Shown: piece after piece, positions 59,601-62,281 of the stretch
How the letters are laid out: each line of letters starts with the position of its first letter
Position numbering within the stretch: position 1 is the stretch's first letter
Source of the DNA: an uncultured virus (IMG/VR IMGVR_UViG_3300032288_003839)
Lineage: Duplodnaviria; Heunggongvirae; Uroviricota; Caudoviricetes
DNA length: 62,281 nt
Virus record (IMG/VR): IMGVR_UViG_3300032288_003839
Reading direction: 5' to 3' (one strand)
Made by a program: the position numbers and the translations under genes
The notes under the pieces: generated by a model
Databases searched by the model: none
Seen by the model: the letters and a program-made list of their open reading frames with translations, nothing else
What the model was told of the DNA's origin: nothing

Positions 59601-59839
59601 GAATAAAAGTAAAATGTATATCAAACAATTCTGGATTTCACCAACGACTTGAAAGAGGCAAATGGTATGAAGTAGAAGAATATTGCAGTATAAGTGGTAA
59701 TACTGATAAATATATTGTACATGGATTGGGCAATAAAGAACATCATTTAGATGCTGATTATGGGGTTTATGATAAATCATTATTTCTTACCTTAGAAGAA
59801 TGCCGAGATAGAAAAATTAATAAAATATTAAATTACTGA
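59597..59839 (+). CDS. Small VxC family (SH3-like) protein with C-terminal tag
   Basis: MRIKVKCI...LE.GK.YEV; ends CRDRKINKILNY. Confidence 0.75.
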   Translation: MRIKVKCISNNSGFHQRLERGKWYEVEEYCSISGNTDKYIVHGLGNKEHHLDADYGVYDKSLFLTLEECRDRKINKILNY

Positions 59840-59940
59840 AATATAAACATTGACTATAGTATAAATATTTCTACTAAATTTGGTTTAGATACAATTGCAG
59901 GTATTTACCTTTTATTTTGTGATAATTACCGAGCAAATTA

Positions 59941-60138
59941 CTATTGACCGTTTCTCTTGAAGTTATGTGTATCGGGTTTATCTGGACTGGTTACTCCAGC
60001 CATAGTTGATCCACCGAAGTGATGTGTATTAACTTCATCACCTTCATTAAATTGTGTTCCCCATGCTGGTCTACTAATGTAACCACCACATATAGTGTAT
60101 AAACCTAAGAAGTCTTTGTAAATTTTATTTTTAGCCAT
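59941..60138 (-). CDS. Hypothetical protein
   Basis: ORF with an A-rich initiation region. Confidence 0.55.
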   Translation of the reverse strand: MAKNKIYKDFLGLYTICGGYISRPAWGTQFNEGDEVNTHHFGGSTMAGVTSPDKPDTHNFKRNGQ

Positions 60139-60221
60139 TATTTATAGTATTTAGTTGTTTATAATTTTATTGAATGTAGGTGCAATTGTATTTATTAAAA
60201 AAAGAAAAAGCCAACGCACGA

Positions 60222-60593
60222 TTATTCGTATAAATTTTCTGGTTCTTTCTCGTTAAAGACATAATAATTTTCTGTTATTTCTTCTCCTATTTGAATATCT
60301 CGTAATGCAATTGTATCTCCGACACCATACGTATTCGGTGTTTTGGAATGATTCACAAATTTTGCGTTATCAAAACACAAAATCCAACCGCCTCTATTTT
60401 CTGAATAATAAGCAAACCAATCAAAATGCTCTTTTGCTAATGGAGGTAGTTTTTCATATTCTTCTTGAGATATAATTATATCTAATTCTCTATTTAATTC
60501 CCAAATAAGAGTATCTTTTGGTATAAATTCAGCAGCAAATAAGCCTATGCCGTGTACCGCACTCTTGTCGATGTATGTTTTTACTGTTAACAT
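60222..60593 (-). CDS. SET-domain protein (putative lysine methyltransferase)
   Basis: S.VHGIGLFA.EFI.K.T.IW; FVNHS..PN; IALRDI..GEEIT.NY. Confidence 0.9.
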   Translation of the reverse strand: MLTVKTYIDKSAVHGIGLFAAEFIPKDTLIWELNRELDIIISQEEYEKLPPLAKEHFDWFAYYSENRGGWILCFDNAKFVNHSKTPNTYGVGDTIALRDIQIGEEITENYYVFNEKEPENLYE

Positions 60594-60635
60594 ATTTATA
60601 GTTTTTAATTCCTTCCTTTTTTGTTTTTTATCTGG

Positions 60636-60914
60636 TTATTTAATATCCTTAATCATGTCCATTAAATCATCATCTCCTTGTAGTAATGATATAACCAATC
60701 TTGCACCCTCTATGAAACTTTGAGAAACCATTTCTCTCTCCTCACCTGGCTGAGTTCCTTGTCCGTAAGCCCATTCCATAGATTGGTCTTCAATGAGTTT
60801 CATAATTCTATCAACGTCTGATTTATTGTTAATGTCTAAACTATCTTTACCATCAGTAACACCAGAGTTTTCCTCTGACTCGTTAAATCTTTTTATATGC
60901 GTTAAATCTTTCAT
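60636..60914 (-). CDS. Acidic protein with N-terminal tag
   Basis: Starts MKDLTHIKRFNESEE; TAATATATA upstream. Confidence 0.7.
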   Translation of the reverse strand: MKDLTHIKRFNESEENSGVTDGKDSLDINNKSDVDRIMKLIEDQSMEWAYGQGTQPGEEREMVSQSFIEGARLVISLLQGDDDLMDMIKDIK

Positions 60915-61019
60915 CTTTGTAAATTATTTTTTAGTATATATTAAATTAGAAAACCTAAATATATCTGTGACCGTTAGTTGTTAGATTTTCAAATAATTTT
61001 ATATATTTCACAAGTAAGA

Positions 61020-61187
61020 TTAAAATTCGTCTTTTTCAACTATTCTTAAAAGACCTTTTAATTCAACATTAATTCCTAACCAATAACTTTTCATTTCTAA
61101 GTTATCTTTTTCTTTTTCTAACATCTTTTCAGAATTTTCTATTCTTTCATTTAATAATGTTAGTATCCTTTTTTTTACATTTTCCAT
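61020..61187 (-). CDS. Hypothetical protein (55 aa), absent from the ORF track
   Basis: MENVKKRILTLLNERIE... Confidence 0.55.
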   Translation of the reverse strand: MENVKKRILTLLNERIENSEKMLEKEKDNLEMKSYWLGINVELKGLLRIVEKDEF

Positions 61188-61230
61188 ATTTTTAATTTTA
61201 CTAAATTTATACTCAACCGTAAAGAAGGGG

Positions 61231-61578
61231 TTAAACCATCACTTCGTATCTATCAGCATACATATAATGTAGTTGAAGAACATCACCCATTATTGGTTTA
61301 TATCCTGCTTCTTTTGATTGTTTAATAACCTCAGGATTTATAGTATCTTCTGAATGGGCAGCATATGAGTTTAATGTTTTCAATAACATCATATTGCCTT
61401 TCATTCCAACGAATTCTACCATTTCTCTACCATCTTTTATAAGATTGCCGTTATCATCAAATCTCCATATCTGTTTAAGTTTATCACCAACATTAAATGG
61501 AGGATTTTTAGTATTCAGACCACCATATACTAATAGTGTTTCTTTTTCAATTTCCTGTTTTGTTTTTATATGTTTCAT
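61231..61578 (-). CDS. Hypothetical protein with N-terminal tag
   Basis: Starts MKHIKTKQEIE; AAATATATA upstream. Confidence 0.7.
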   Translation of the reverse strand: MKHIKTKQEIEKETLLVYGGLNTKNPPFNVGDKLKQIWRFDDNGNLIKDGREMVEFVGMKGNMMLLKTLNSYAAHSEDTINPEVIKQSKEAGYKPIMGDVLQLHYMYADRYEVMV

Positions 61579-61710
61579 GCTTTTATATATTTACTTCAAA
61601 TATAAACATTAAAATTTATTCTTACAAAAAAATGTGCGGAATTGATTAAATTATTCCATATATTTGTAATATGAAATTCAAATTCACTTCAGAAAGAAAA
61701 AATAAATAAA

Positions 61711-61878
61711 ATGAGTAAAGCAGACCTAAAACAAGAACAATATGATAAAGTAGGAATCATAACATATGATGACCTTATTAATCATTTAAGCACAGATGAA
61801 TTAATATCAAAAGGAATAATTGTAAAAGGTAAGGATGGTTTGGAATATAATACATCGGGGAGCCCTATAAAGGTATAA
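61711..61878 (+). CDS. Small hypothetical protein
   Basis: MSKADLKQEQYDKVG...; downstream of TATATTTG at 61659; end coordinate approximate. Confidence 0.45.
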   Translation: MSKADLKQEQYDKVGIITYDDLINHLSTDELISKGIIVKGKDGLEYNTSGSPIKV

Positions 61879-61917
61879 CAATTTAAATATTTGTAATAAA
61901 CATTAAAAACTAAACTT

Positions 61918-62088
61918 ATGATATCTTTTTTATTTGGAATTTATATCGCTGTATCTATAGGAGTTGGTCTAATTTATGCCTTTCTAAAAGTGCTTGGTGG
62001 TGGAAATGATACTCTGTTGGGTATTGTTTTTCAATCTATATTAATAGGTATATCTTGGCCAATATCTTTATTTTTTAAATGGCATTAA
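61918..62088 (+). CDS. Small two-TM protein (56 aa)
   Basis: MISFLFGIYIAVSIG...ISWPISLFFKWH. Confidence 0.55.
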   Translation: MISFLFGIYIAVSIGVGLIYAFLKVLGGGNDTLLGIVFQSILIGISWPISLFFKWH

Positions 62089-62159
62089 TTTACGAAATTG
62101 AAAGAAACTAAAATGAAATCATGGAACTTTTAATAATAAAATAATAATAAAATAATAAT

Positions 62160-62281
62160 ATGAAAAAAGGAGAAATTAAAGTGGATGGAAAATTCTACCA
62201 ACTGATTACAGGTGAAATTAAAGAGGGTGACATTGTGTCAAAAAAGCTTGGCCCAGAAGACAAAAATAAAACTGTGATACT
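62160..62281 (+). CDS. Hypothetical protein, runs off the window
   Basis: MKKGEIKVDGKFYQL..., open to the end. Confidence 0.55.
   Translation, partial: MKKGEIKVDGKFYQLITGEIKEGDIVSKKLGPEDKNKTVI

Noticed and set aside
59889..60191. 11-bp inverted repeat ATACAATTGCA flanking the 59941 gene, as a mobile cassette or attC-like site
   Set aside because: A further copy lies inside the SET gene, the core is a short AT-rich palindrome, and no recombinase is present, so chance is likely.
60130..60610. T4-type late promoters TATAAATA
   Set aside because: Only two sites directly abut start codons in very AT-rich DNA, so they cannot be told apart from ordinary initiation regions.

Overview
Very AT-rich, gene-dense 62 kb segment with about 115 mostly short ORFs, frequent strand switches and intrinsic terminators. 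No tRNA, rRNA, CRISPR array, integrase or transposase was recognised. It is best read as an accessory region of a large (jumbo-type) phage of a Bacteroidota host; this is an inference, since no capsid, terminase or polymerase gene is in the window. Support: TAnnTTTG promoter elements, signal peptides followed by Gln, a T9SS-type cargo tail, a GH24 lysozyme, an SLT, and scattered auxiliary genes (purA, rpiB, dNK, FKBP, aaRS-like, tyrosinase, a GAF-PAS histidine kinase with its receiver). The main pattern is two mutually exclusive peptide tags on otherwise unrelated proteins. About 20 proteins begin with MK(Y/H)(L/I)K(T/S/L)(F/Y)E..(I/F)NE, which resembles the T4 capsid-targeting sequence, and they sit behind a TAATATATA motif. 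About 22 other proteins end in R(D/E/N)xK(L/I)xx(L/I)(GI/L), and they sit mostly in operons headed by host-type TATATTTG promoters that often look leaderless. A third motif, AAAC-N16-18-TATAA(T/A), precedes many metabolic genes. A promoter- and terminator-bounded, structured non-coding interval of about 260 nt (19835-20098, minus strand) is a candidate ncRNA. All family calls come from visual motif recognition, not database searches.
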